DNA from: Dehalococcoidia bacterium
GTDB lineage: Bacteria; Chloroflexota; Dehalococcoidia; SHYD01
Length of the DNA stretch: 64,000 nucleotides
Direction: 5' to 3'
Assembly (NCBI GenBank): GCA_965226775.1
Contig: CBDDEI010000002.1
Span: 2,082,467 to 2,146,466, forward strand
Part shown: in pieces, positions 27,506 to 36,919 of the stretch
How positions within the stretch are numbered: position 1 is the first letter of the stretch
How the letters are laid out: each line of letters opens with the position of its first letter
Notes under the pieces: generated by a model
Told to the model about the DNA's origin: nothing
Database searches by the model: none
Seen by the model: only the letters and a program-made list of their open reading frames with translations
Position numbers and translations under genes: made by a program

Positions 27506-29744
27506 GGCTCCAGTAGCTCCTGGGCCATCGCGGGGATCACCCGCCGCAGATACTCGCGGTAGCGGATGAAGGAGCGTCCATGGGAACGCAGTTGGTAGGA
27601 CACGGGAGTCTGGCTCAACCGCATCCCTTTGCGGAGCAGGTCCAGGGTGAGCACCTGCGCGTAATTGTAGTCGTGGCGGATCTCCGCCAAGGCCAGCGCC
27701 CGCGCGCTGAAGGCCCGATATCCTGTCTGGCCGTCCTGCAACCGCTTGCCTGTTAGCAGGGAGACCAGCAGCGTGAATGCACGGTTGCCCAATTTGCGAG
27801 ACCAGCACATGACGCCGTTCGCGCAGGGAAAGCGGGAGCCTAGCACGTAGTCGGCGTCCCCGTGCAGCACCGGCTCCAGCACCGCAACCATATCAGCGGG
27901 GTCGTACTCGCCGTCGCCATCCAGATAGACTACTGCGCCCGCGCCCCGTGCAGCGCCGCGGTCAGGCCGGTCCGCAGCGCTGCGCCGACGCCCTGCCGCG
28001 TATCGTGGCGCACCACCACGTCGGCTCCTGCGGCGCGCGCCACGGTGCCCGTGTCATCGGTAGAGCCGTCGTCCACTACGATGACCCGCACGCTGTATCC
28101 CATCGCACTTAGGGCGGCGCGGGGCACACCGGAGACCACCCGTCCGACCGCAGCGGCTTCGTTAAGCGCGGGAATCACTACAGCAACCCAGTTGCCTGCA
28201 GGAAGCGGCGCAGCGGCGGGCAGCGGGTGGTAAGAGAGCCACCACTGCCGCAGCAACACAATAGCGGCTAATGCTGCCATGCCAAAAAGCAGCGCCTCTC
28301 CAGGGCGGGACGCTCCGAGGAGGATGCTTTGAGCGGTCAGTGTAGGCCACAGCGCTCCCACGAGTGTTGCGCCCACGGCTGTACGCTGCCCCAGCGCCAA
28401 TGCGCCGGCAATACCTAGCCCAAGTGCAATACCGCTAGCTGTCAGGGAGAACACCCCAAAGAGCGCCACGAAAGCCAGCGGGACCAAGAGCAGCACGGGC
28501 AATGCCCGCAAGGGCAGGTGGTGGGTCTTGCCCAGCAACGCCAGCGGCAGTGTGGCCGCCAGTCCTGGCAGCAGCGTCCAGCCGTGCTCCGGCAGCGCCA
28601 CTATGAGCGCAGCAGCCAATGCCACCAGGATGCCGTGGTCGACGTAGCGACTCAGCGGCAATGAGCTAGTACGCCATCGCTGCAACAACTCCTGGGCCCA
28701 CGGCAGCCGCCAGCTAGCGGGCAAGCTGCCAGAGGCTGCTCTTGGCACGAGTTGCCCCAGCAACGCAAACGCACCGCCCTCAAAAGCGCAGCTAACGGCG
28801 CCGGTTGCGTAGGAGTAGACAAACTTGAGGCCGTGGGTGGATAGCGCAAGGGCAAGGGCCACTGTGGGGTCTACCCCGAAGAGGGTTAGTCCTCCCGCCT
28901 GGGCAACCTCGTAGACGCCCAAACCGCCGGGGGTTACCTGCACCGTCTGGAAGAGGATAGTAAACGCAGTGACCGCCACCGCTGCCTCAAAGGCTAGGGG
29001 CACACCGCCAGCCTGGGCTACCACCCAGAGCACCGTGCCTTCCAGCACCCAGCTCGGCAGCACCAACGCCCAGGCCAGGGCGACGCGGGGCGCTTCCAGC
29101 CCTTTAGCAAAGTCCGCCAGTATGCTCAACAGCCGTCGAAAGCGGCCTAAACGGCTCAGCAGCAGCGCGCCGCCCAGGGCAGCAACTGCGGCGATTCCCG
29201 TCACGCCGCCCAGCAGCGCCACTTGGGGCGAATCCAGGCCGGTCAGGAGCGCGGTAGCGACAAGAGCGAGGCCAAGCACCGCACCCAGGTCCAGCAACCG
29301 GGCCAGCACGGTGGTGCTAGCCGCTATAGGCAGCGCAATGCCTCGGCCTGCCAGGAGCACGATACGCAGCGGCTCGCCGACCTTAATAGGAAAGAGGTGG
29401 TTGGCGAGCAGCGAAATATGCAGGATGGCGAGCAGATGGAGAGTCTGACCCCCGTTGCGGCCCAGCAAGACCCGCCACGCCCAGGCCCGCAGCAGGAACG
29501 CGCCGCCGTAGCCCGCAAGGAAGAGCGCCAGCCACTGGGGCGTGAGCGAAAGGCCGCTGATGGTCGCCAACACCTGTGCGCTAAGGGGAGAGTAGGACAG
29601 CGAAAGGAGGAGAAGGAGGAGCGCGCCCGCCGTGCAAACCAGGCTAAGGACGCTCCAAGAGGCCCGCCCCTGCAGCGACCGCTCTGCGCGCTGACCCAGT
29701 TGCGCCGCATAGTTGAGACTGGGCTTGGGAAGACTCTGCTGCAT
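27502..29744 (-). CDS. UPF0104 (flippase-like / lysylphosphatidylglycerol-synthase TM domain) fused to a GT2 glycosyltransferase; interrupted by an apparent 1-bp frameshift at the CCCC run 27944-27947
   Basis: ORF 27930..29744 holds the TM domain plus the GT2 N-part (VVIPALNE...DDGSTDDT). ORF 27502..27891 holds the GT2 C-part (DADYVLGSRF...). Removing one C restores AALHGAGAVVYLDGDGEYDP. Confidence 0.7.
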
Positions 29745-29770
29745 GCTAGCCTCGGGTGTGAACGGAGCGA

Positions 29771-30829
29771 CTACGTGGGGGTTGAGCCTACTACTTCTTC
29801 AGCGGCAGCGAAGACCTGCACCGGGCCGACCACTTCAACCTCCACCCGCTGACCCAACTCGAAGGCATCGGCCACATCCACCCGAGCGCGGATCACCCGG
29901 CCGGAAGCAAGCTGAATCGCGTAGCGCTGGGCGTGACCAAAGTATTCGCGACGCATCACTTGGCCGCGCCCATCTGCTGCGGCCTGTAGCCGCACGCACT
30001 CCGGCTTCACATAGATGTCCACCGGGCCGACTGCTTCGCCGCTAAACTGCAGGTCGCCCAGCTCGCACACGACGCGGTCGTTGTGTGCCTTGCCTGGCAG
30101 ACAGTCCATGTCTCCCACAAACTGCGCAACCTCTCTGGAAATAGGGGTCTGATACACCATTTCCGGCGTATCCACCTGCAGCACGCGTCCCTCCCACATC
30201 ACCGCCACCTTATCGGCCAGAGACAGCGCCTCTTCCTGGTCGTGAGTCACGAAGACCGCGGTTGCGCCGGCATTTTCCAGGATCTCACGCACTTCGGCGC
30301 GCACCCGGGCCCGCAACGTCGCGTCGATGTTGGAGAAAGGCTCGTCCAGCAGGATAACCGCAGGCTGAGGGGCCAGCGCCCGGGCCAGCGCGATGCGCTG
30401 CTGCTGCCCGCCGGAGAGCTGGTGCGGGAAGCGCTCTCTGAGGTCGGCCAAACCCACCATCTCCAAAATCCGTGAGACTGCGCTGTTCCGCGCCTCCTTG
30501 CTCATATGCATCAGCCCAAAGGCCACGTTATCTGCCACGTTCATATGGGGGAAGAGCGCGTAGTCCTGGAACACCATACCCACGCGTCGTTGCTCCGGCG
30601 GCATTACGCGGCCGCGGTCTGCGACCACTCGTCCGCTGATCTCGATTCTGCCGGCGTCGGGCGCTTCAAAGCCGGCCAGCAAGCGTAAGGTGGTGGTCTT
30701 GCCGCAGCCGCTGGGCCCGACCAGAGAGAGCACTTCCCCCTCCGACACCTCCAGGTCGACGCCGTCCACCGCCGTGGTGTGGCCAAAGCGCTTAGTCAGT
30801 CCGGTGCAGCGAATCACTACAGAAGCCAT
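29771..30829 (-). CDS. ABC transporter ATP-binding protein with C-terminal TOBE domain (FbpC/PotA-like)
   Basis: Walker A GPSGCGKTT, signature LSGGQQQR, Walker B ILLDEP. The C-terminal ~100 aa extension is TOBE-like. Confidence 0.85.
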   Translation of the reverse strand: MASVVIRCTGLTKRFGHTTAVDGVDLEVSEGEVLSLVGPSGCGKTTTLRLLAGFEAPDAGRIEISGRVVADRGRVMPPEQRRVGMVFQDYALFPHMNVADNVAFGLMHMSKEARNSAVSRILEMVGLADLRERFPHQLSGGQQQRIALARALAPQPAVILLDEPFSNIDATLRARVRAEVREILENAGATAVFVTHDQEEALSLADKVAVMWEGRVLQVDTPEMVYQTPISREVAQFVGDMDCLPGKAHNDRVVCELGDLQFSGEAVGPVDIYVKPECVRLQAAADGRGQVMRREYFGHAQRYAIQLASGRVIRARVDVADAFELGQRVEVEVVGPVQVFAAAEEVVGSTPT

Positions 30830-30835
30830 ATTGGT

Positions 30836-32449
30836 TTACCTCCCCTCCTGCCTGAACAAGAGAGCAACGGATACAGATGACGCCACTACTAAGAATAAGG
30901 ATGGGACTGCGGCCTGTGCAAAGAGCGCTTCACTGGCGGCGGACCAGATAGAAGTGGCGAGGGTCTCCACGCCCGGCGGACGCAAGAGCAGGGTAGCGGG
31001 CAGCTCTTCCATAGTCAGCAAAAATACCAGCGCCGCGCCGGCTATAACGCCTGGCAATACAATGGGCAGCGTCACCTTAAAGAAGACGAGCCACGGCGGC
31101 ATGCCCAGACTGCGGGCCGCCTCTTCCAGGTGTGGCGTTACCTGTCGGAGCGAGGTCCCTATCCCGCCAAGGGCAGTGGGCAGGAAGAGGATAGCATAAG
31201 CCAGCAGCAGCAGAAACAGCGTCTGGTACAGCGGCTGCATATAGTTCGCGCCAAAAAATACCAGTCCCAGGGCCAAGGCGATGCGGGGCAGCGCGAACCC
31301 TATATAGGTGGCGCTCTCCAGCAGCCTAGTGAGCGGCCCGGGATAGCGCACCGCGAGAATTGCTATGGGCAGCGCCGCTAGCACCGTGCACACTGCCGCC
31401 ATCGCGGCGATGGACACCGAAGTGAAAGCTGCGTTCATGAAGAGATTTAAGGACTGTCCCGCTGCGATGCCCCGTGCCGCCCATGTGATGAGCACGCCCA
31501 GCGGCAAGACCAGCGCGATCAGCAGCAGCACGCTGGAAAAGATAAGCGACGGCGCCTTCCATGGCCCAAGACGATCCACCTTGCGCTCGCGAGACGTGCC
31601 CGGATCGGAGCGGTAGTACTGCACGTTGCGCCGGGTCATCGCCTCCCCCAGGAGCACGAAGGCCGTCACCGCTACCAGCACCAGGGAGAGGCCGGCAGCC
31701 AGGCTCCGGTCGAAGGCGGACTGATACTGAACGTAGATGGCCCAGGTGAACGCCTCGTAGTTCATCAAGGAGACCGCGCCAAAGTCGCCCAAGCTGTAGA
31801 GCGCCGCTAACAGCGCGCCGCTAATAATGCCGGGCCGTAGCTGCGGTAGCAGGACTTGCCAGAAGGTCTCCCGCTTACTTCTTCCTAAATTGCGGGCCGC
31901 CTCTTCCATAGACGGGTCCAGCCGCTGCAACGCCGCGCGCACCGTGAGCATCACATAGGGGTAGGTGTGGAGTGTAAGCACCAGCAACGCGCCGGGAAAG
32001 CCGTAGAAGTCCGGGAGGCGTTCCACACCCAGCGGAGCCAGCAAGCCCTGCACTAAGCCTTTGGGCCCAAAGGCAGTGATGAAGGCCAGTCCGCTCACAT
32101 ACGTCGGAATTACCAAGGGCAGAGTGGCCGCTATCAGCCAGAAACGACGGAAGGGGATATCCGTGCGGGTAGTGAGCCAGGCCAGTGGCACTCCTATCAG
32201 CACGGCCAAGGCCGTTACCGCCATAGTCAGCGCAAGGGAACGGAGGAAGATCGCCAGGATACGGATACTGAACAGGAAATCGAGCAGCTCCGGACCTGCA
32301 TCCAGTGCCCGCAGCAGTAAGTAGACGATGGGCAGGACAAGCACAATGCCCACGACTGCCGCTGGCAACGCCAGTCCAATGGGCGGCACGCCGTGCCTGG
32401 GGCTGGACAGCAGCGGCCAGGTGATGGCCCGTGCCCACGACCTAGACAT
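30836..32449 (-). CDS. ABC transporter permease, fused double MetI-like domains (ferric-type FbpB-like)
   Basis: 537 aa. Two permease repeats, each with an EAA-like loop. Confidence 0.8.
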   Translation of the reverse strand: MSRSWARAITWPLLSSPRHGVPPIGLALPAAVVGIVLVLPIVYLLLRALDAGPELLDFLFSIRILAIFLRSLALTMAVTALAVLIGVPLAWLTTRTDIPFRRFWLIAATLPLVIPTYVSGLAFITAFGPKGLVQGLLAPLGVERLPDFYGFPGALLVLTLHTYPYVMLTVRAALQRLDPSMEEAARNLGRSKRETFWQVLLPQLRPGIISGALLAALYSLGDFGAVSLMNYEAFTWAIYVQYQSAFDRSLAAGLSLVLVAVTAFVLLGEAMTRRNVQYYRSDPGTSRERKVDRLGPWKAPSLIFSSVLLLIALVLPLGVLITWAARGIAAGQSLNLFMNAAFTSVSIAAMAAVCTVLAALPIAILAVRYPGPLTRLLESATYIGFALPRIALALGLVFFGANYMQPLYQTLFLLLLAYAILFLPTALGGIGTSLRQVTPHLEEAARSLGMPPWLVFFKVTLPIVLPGVIAGAALVFLLTMEELPATLLLRPPGVETLATSIWSAASEALFAQAAVPSLFLVVASSVSVALLFRQEGR

Positions 32450-32461
32450 GACTAGCTCGTG

Positions 32462-33487
32462 TTATGGGAGTACTCCCGTCTCTCGGAGCAGCTTCAGCGT
32501 ACCCTCAACATCCCCCAGCTTATCCTGGTCTATAGCTGGGGGATCCAGCTCATCGAAGGATGGCAACCCGGCTGGCCCAGCCATATCCGCCACCAGCGCA
32601 TACTCAAAAGTCTGCTCTACAAAGAACTGCTGTGTCTCTTCAGACAGAAGGTAAGCCACAAATTCTTGTGCCGCCTCCTGGTTCTGGCTGCGCTTCAGGA
32701 TCCCCGCGCCCGCCACGTCCACTAACGACCCCGGATCGCCTCCCTGAAGAAAGAAGTTCCGTGCGCCAAAACTCTCGCCACGCTCGTTGATATACCGTGG
32801 CACGTAGTAATGATTCACAAAGCCGACCTCTATCTCACCATCAGCGGCAGCCTGGACGGTGCTGATGAGGTTGGGGTAGACGCGCGGCTCGTTGGCCATG
32901 ATGCCCAGCACCCACTGCCTTGCCCGCTCTTCGCCAAGTTGGATACGAAGCGCAGTCACCGTTAGCTGCCACTCTCCGTGGGTGGGCGACCAGCCGATCT
33001 TTCCCTTCCATGCAGGATCGGTGTAGTCCAGTATGGAAGTTGGGAGCGTATTGGGGCTCTGCGCCTTGGTGTTGTACACCACAACCTTGGCGCGGCCGGA
33101 GGTGCCAACCCACTCCCCCTTGGTAGAGCGAAGCCGTGGGTCCACCTTGTTGAGCACCGACTCAGGCAGCGTCGCCAGCAGGCCCCGCTGGGATAAGGCG
33201 CCCAAGCCGCTGCTCTCGCCCAGATAGACCAGGTCTGCGGGCGAGTTCTCCCCTTCTTCCAGCAGCGTTGCCACAATCGAAGCGGTCGTATCGTACTTCA
33301 CTCGCAGGTTCACGCCCGTTGTTGTCGCGTAAGTGGTGAGTATGGGCTGCACCAGGCTCTGTGCTCGGCTGGAGTAGACCGTGAGGGTGGGTGTTGCACC
33401 GCCCTGGCCTCTGCCGGAAATGGCACACCCACTTGCTATCAGCAGCCAGGCAAACGCCAAGCCCAGCAGGAAAATCCATCGGTTCAT
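32462..33487 (-). CDS. ABC transporter substrate-binding lipoprotein, Fe(3+)-type (FbpA/AfuA family)
   Basis: LIASGC lipobox. About 340 aa class II binding protein. The operon contains a TOBE-ATPase and a fused permease. Confidence 0.65.
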   Translation of the reverse strand: MNRWIFLLGLAFAWLLIASGCAISGRGQGGATPTLTVYSSRAQSLVQPILTTYATTTGVNLRVKYDTTASIVATLLEEGENSPADLVYLGESSGLGALSQRGLLATLPESVLNKVDPRLRSTKGEWVGTSGRAKVVVYNTKAQSPNTLPTSILDYTDPAWKGKIGWSPTHGEWQLTVTALRIQLGEERARQWVLGIMANEPRVYPNLISTVQAAADGEIEVGFVNHYYVPRYINERGESFGARNFFLQGGDPGSLVDVAGAGILKRSQNQEAAQEFVAYLLSEETQQFFVEQTFEYALVADMAGPAGLPSFDELDPPAIDQDKLGDVEGTLKLLRETGVLP

Positions 33488-33540
33488 ACCTATGTAAAGC
33501 TATCCTCTCTTGTTGCTACTGACTGGAGCTCTGCTACTTG

Positions 33541-34071
33541 TTACGGCGTCACCGTGAACGCCACCCACATGCCCAATTGATAGTGGCTCTCCAACCAGCC
33601 TCCCTCTATTTCCGCGATGTTGCAGATGAGCGCGTACTTGCCGGGCGTCAGATTGAATACTCCCGATGCCTTAGAGTTTGCCGTAAAGGGCCTTACTTCA
33701 CCCACTAGGTTTACCTTGTCCTCGGGCACTCTTCCTTCAGATGTCGGAAGGCCCTCAGGCGAAAGGTCTGTCTTGATAATGACCAACTCATGGACATCAT
33801 CCGGACCCTGATTGTCAACCAGGAAGTAGACGTTGCCGGCCTTGACTGTTGTGGTCTGCAACTCAATGGCCCACTCTCTGAGTGTCACGTTCACTTGGGT
33901 TGCGCCCGCTGGCTTTGGCTCAACAACGCCTGGCTCGGCAGCGACTCCGCTTACGGAGACAGAGGCCGAACCGCCCAAGTTCTCCACGGTCCCTGGACGC
34001 GGTTCCGCCTGGCAGGCGACCGCAAGAAGAGCTAAGGCAAGTGCGCTCGTAAATAGAAGCCGTGGGCTCAT
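33541..34071 (-). CDS. Cupredoxin-like lipoprotein (putative metal-binding)
   Basis: LAVAC lipobox. Beta-rich domain with candidate His/Cys/His/Met ligands (DVHEL, LICNIAE, ESHYQLGM). Confidence 0.4.
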   Translation of the reverse strand: MSPRLLFTSALALALLAVACQAEPRPGTVENLGGSASVSVSGVAAEPGVVEPKPAGATQVNVTLREWAIELQTTTVKAGNVYFLVDNQGPDDVHELVIIKTDLSPEGLPTSEGRVPEDKVNLVGEVRPFTANSKASGVFNLTPGKYALICNIAEIEGGWLESHYQLGMWVAFTVTP

Positions 34072-34148
34072 GTACTCAATCCTTAGATTTTGTGCCTTTC
34101 AATTATCCCATTAGGTCTGCCTAATGGCAAACGTTGTAAAAGCTAATA

Positions 34149-34415
34149 CTATCTGTTTGGTATGTCAATTTCGGACTTAGTGGGACCAGAAGTCTCAGGT
34201 TCTAGCCCAACTGGAATGAAGATTCCCTTAGCGCTGGAATCGGATGGCACGGCTGGTGTTGGGGCCGGCGCCGCAACCGCAGAAACAGATACGCTCCCTC
34301 CTGTGCCGTCGCCTATCGTCTCAACCGTGACTGGCCGGGCTTCCGCCTGGCAGCCTAAGGCCGCCGCGGACAAGAGAAAAACGCTTACTATAGTGAACCA
34401 ACGCGTAAGGAACAT
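34149..34415 (-). CDS. Truncated paralog of the upstream cupredoxin-like lipoprotein (lipobox plus linker only)
   Basis: LGCQAEARPVTVETIGDGTGGSVSVSAVAA resembles VACQAEPRPGTVENLGGSASVSVSGVAA of the neighbour, then terminates. Confidence 0.35.
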   Translation of the reverse strand: MFLTRWFTIVSVFLLSAAALGCQAEARPVTVETIGDGTGGSVSVSAVAAPAPTPAVPSDSSAKGIFIPVGLEPETSGPTKSEIDIPNR

Positions 34416-34757
34416 TCCTTACAACCTCCCAACTGTTAATTTATTGATTAGGGTAGACTAATTAGGTAACCCTAATAACAATTGTTAGAGATTATATAGC
34501 TACATTATTAGGCTGTCAATAGTAAATCTCTTCCCTGTTTAGAATATTCAGAACTATTTTTTGCCCTCGAGCGTCTTTGCTGTGACTGCTTCTTGCTAAC
34601 GTTGCTGATGCCCAATAGAGCGGCAGCAGTTCTAGACACCACCTTCCAAGGAGCTCGGCACATTCACGACGATTAGCCACGGACAATTGACAGTGGTTGT
34701 AGCTTGCCCGCATCATGATTGAGCTATGCCGTTGACACATTTAGTTAGATTCCGACG

Positions 34758-36215
34758 ATGGCTTTTACCGACCTTCACCAATTTGTAGAGTTCCTGGACC
34801 GCAACCACCAGTTGCAACGGATCAAGGCGTCCGTTGACCCGGTGCTGGAGCTCGCCGAGATCACGGACCGTGTCTGCAAGGCAGACGGCGGCGGCACTGC
34901 CCTCCTCTTTGAGCACGTGCAGGGTTCGAGCATGCCCGTGCTCATCAACACCTTCGGCAGTGAGGAGCGTATGTGCTGGGCGCTGGGCGTGGATAGCCTG
35001 GACGATCTGGGCGCGCGCATCAGTCACCTGTTGAGCATGAACATGCCCACTTCCTTTGTGGAGCGCGCTAAGAAGCTCCTGGAGATGAGCGAGGTTGCCC
35101 GCTTCTCACCCAAAGTGGTGAGCCAAGCCCCCTGCCAGGAACTCGTAGAGACCATCAATCCTTCTCTGGCAGACCTTCCCATCATGCAGTGCTGGCCTAA
35201 CGATGGAGGCCGCTATATCACCTTCCCCCTGGTCTTCACCAAGAACCCTTCTACTGGGCAGCGCAACGTGGGGACGTACCGCCTCCAGGTCTACGACGAC
35301 CGTACCCTGGGGATGCACTGGCACATCCATAAAGGCGGCGCAGAGCACTTCCGGCAGGGCCAGGAACGCGGCCGGGGGTTAGAGGTCGCCATCGCTCTGG
35401 GCGCGGATCCGGTCACCATGTACGCCGGCACCTGCCCGCTCCCGCCTATCGTGGACGAGATGATGCTGGCGGGGTGGCTCCGTCGCGAGCGTGTAGAGAT
35501 GGTGAAGGGTGTAACCGTAGACCTAGAGGTGCCAGCCCATGCGGAGATCATCCTGGAAGGCTACGTTGACCCGGACGAGCATCGCACAGAGGGCCCATTC
35601 GGCGACCACACCGGCTTCTACTCCTTGGAGGACGAGTATCCTGTCTTCCATCTGACCGCGGTCACCAGACGTCGCGATGCCATCTACCCGTCGATTATTG
35701 TTGGACGGCCGCCCATGGAGGACGGCTGGCTGGGAAAGGCTACGGAACGCCTCTTTCTGCCGCTGATACGGTTAATCCATCCAGAAGTGGTGGACATAAA
35801 CATGCCCTTTGAGGGCAGTTTTCACAACCTGGTGATTGTCTCTGTTCGCAAGTCCTATCCCGGCCAGGTGCGCAAAGTGATGTACGGCCTATGGAGCCTT
35901 GGCCTCTTGATGCTTGCCAAGAACATCATCGTGCTGGATGAAGACGCGAACGTGCACGATGCAAGCGAGGTGGTGTGGCGCATCACAAACAACGTCGACC
36001 CCAAACGAGACGTGGTCATTGTTGATGGACCGCTGGATGCCCTGGACTACGCATCGCCGATGCCGCACTACGGCTCTAAGATGGGCATAGACGGCACTAA
36101 GAAGGGGCCAATGGATGGACACACCCGACCCTGGCCGGAAGAGGTCACCATGTCGCCGGAGGTCAAGGAATTGGTCACTCGGCGCTGGCAGGAGTACGGC
36201 ATCCGGCTCAACTGA
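34758..36215 (+). CDS. UbiD-family aromatic acid decarboxylase (UbiD/MqnL-like)
   Basis: ALLFEHVQGSSMPVLINTFG and other UbiD-conserved blocks. 485 aa. Confidence 0.85.
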   Translation: MAFTDLHQFVEFLDRNHQLQRIKASVDPVLELAEITDRVCKADGGGTALLFEHVQGSSMPVLINTFGSEERMCWALGVDSLDDLGARISHLLSMNMPTSFVERAKKLLEMSEVARFSPKVVSQAPCQELVETINPSLADLPIMQCWPNDGGRYITFPLVFTKNPSTGQRNVGTYRLQVYDDRTLGMHWHIHKGGAEHFRQGQERGRGLEVAIALGADPVTMYAGTCPLPPIVDEMMLAGWLRRERVEMVKGVTVDLEVPAHAEIILEGYVDPDEHRTEGPFGDHTGFYSLEDEYPVFHLTAVTRRRDAIYPSIIVGRPPMEDGWLGKATERLFLPLIRLIHPEVVDINMPFEGSFHNLVIVSVRKSYPGQVRKVMYGLWSLGLLMLAKNIIVLDEDANVHDASEVVWRITNNVDPKRDVVIVDGPLDALDYASPMPHYGSKMGIDGTKKGPMDGHTRPWPEEVTMSPEVKELVTRRWQEYGIRLN

Positions 36216-36262
36216 AGTTCAACAAACAAACACTCCTAACGAAGAGTTGAGGCCTCTCCCCA

Positions 36263-36919
36263 ATGCGGGTAAAACACGGACATTACAAGTACAAAACGCC
36301 CTTCCGTGCTCATTCCCTCCTGTCCGACGTGCCGCTGCACGATGTCTGGGCTATCCTTCTACACGCACGCGGGCCCAAACGCAACATTCAGGATGTGCGA
36401 CGCGTCCTTGCCTCCCTGCGCACTGAGCACCCTGACCCGCTTGTGGACTTCTTTCTGCGCGCCCGGCAGCGGCTAGGACGCATCTTTGAGTGGGACGATG
36501 AGAACCACGGCACACCGGACAGCTCTTACGTGCATCGTCTCACGCCGGACGACCGCAGCCGCTCTTTGGAGCCGCCGGGGACAATTGATCCCGCCTCCGA
36601 CTTTCGCGTGCTCTACGTCTTTGAGGACGAGGCCGCCTTTGAAGTCATTAACGGCACAGGGCAGTCCTTCTACGTCATCGCAATGGAACCTGTGGCCGAA
36701 GGCTACATTCTATATGCCGCAGTCTACGTGAAGCAGACGAGCTTGTGGACCCCCTTCTACACGGTCGTAGCAGACCCCTTTCTCCGCTACATCATCTACC
36801 CCACTATCATCCATAACCTGGAGTCATTATGGGCGGGGCTCTACGCCCGGACGCGCCAGCACGCGCCGCCGCCGCCGCCGCCACTTCCTCCCCCTAGGTC
36901 ATTGAGAGGCCGGTTCTGA
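36263..36919 (+). CDS. Hypothetical protein with a poly-proline C-terminus, translationally coupled to the downstream prenyltransferase
   Basis: No recognised domain. Its stop TGA overlaps the ATG of the next gene (ATGA at 36917-36921). Confidence 0.5.
   Translation: MRVKHGHYKYKTPFRAHSLLSDVPLHDVWAILLHARGPKRNIQDVRRVLASLRTEHPDPLVDFFLRARQRLGRIFEWDDENHGTPDSSYVHRLTPDDRSRSLEPPGTIDPASDFRVLYVFEDEAAFEVINGTGQSFYVIAMEPVAEGYILYAAVYVKQTSLWTPFYTVVADPFLRYIIYPTIIHNLESLWAGLYARTRQHAPPPPPPLPPPRSLRGRF

Noticed and set aside
27506-27808. N-terminal about 100 residues of track ORF 26033-27808
   Set aside because: This stretch overlaps the C-terminus of the upstream GT2 gene in another frame and is low-complexity. 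A GTG start overlapping the GT2 stop (GTGA) gives a sensible N-terminus for the GT-C-like protein.
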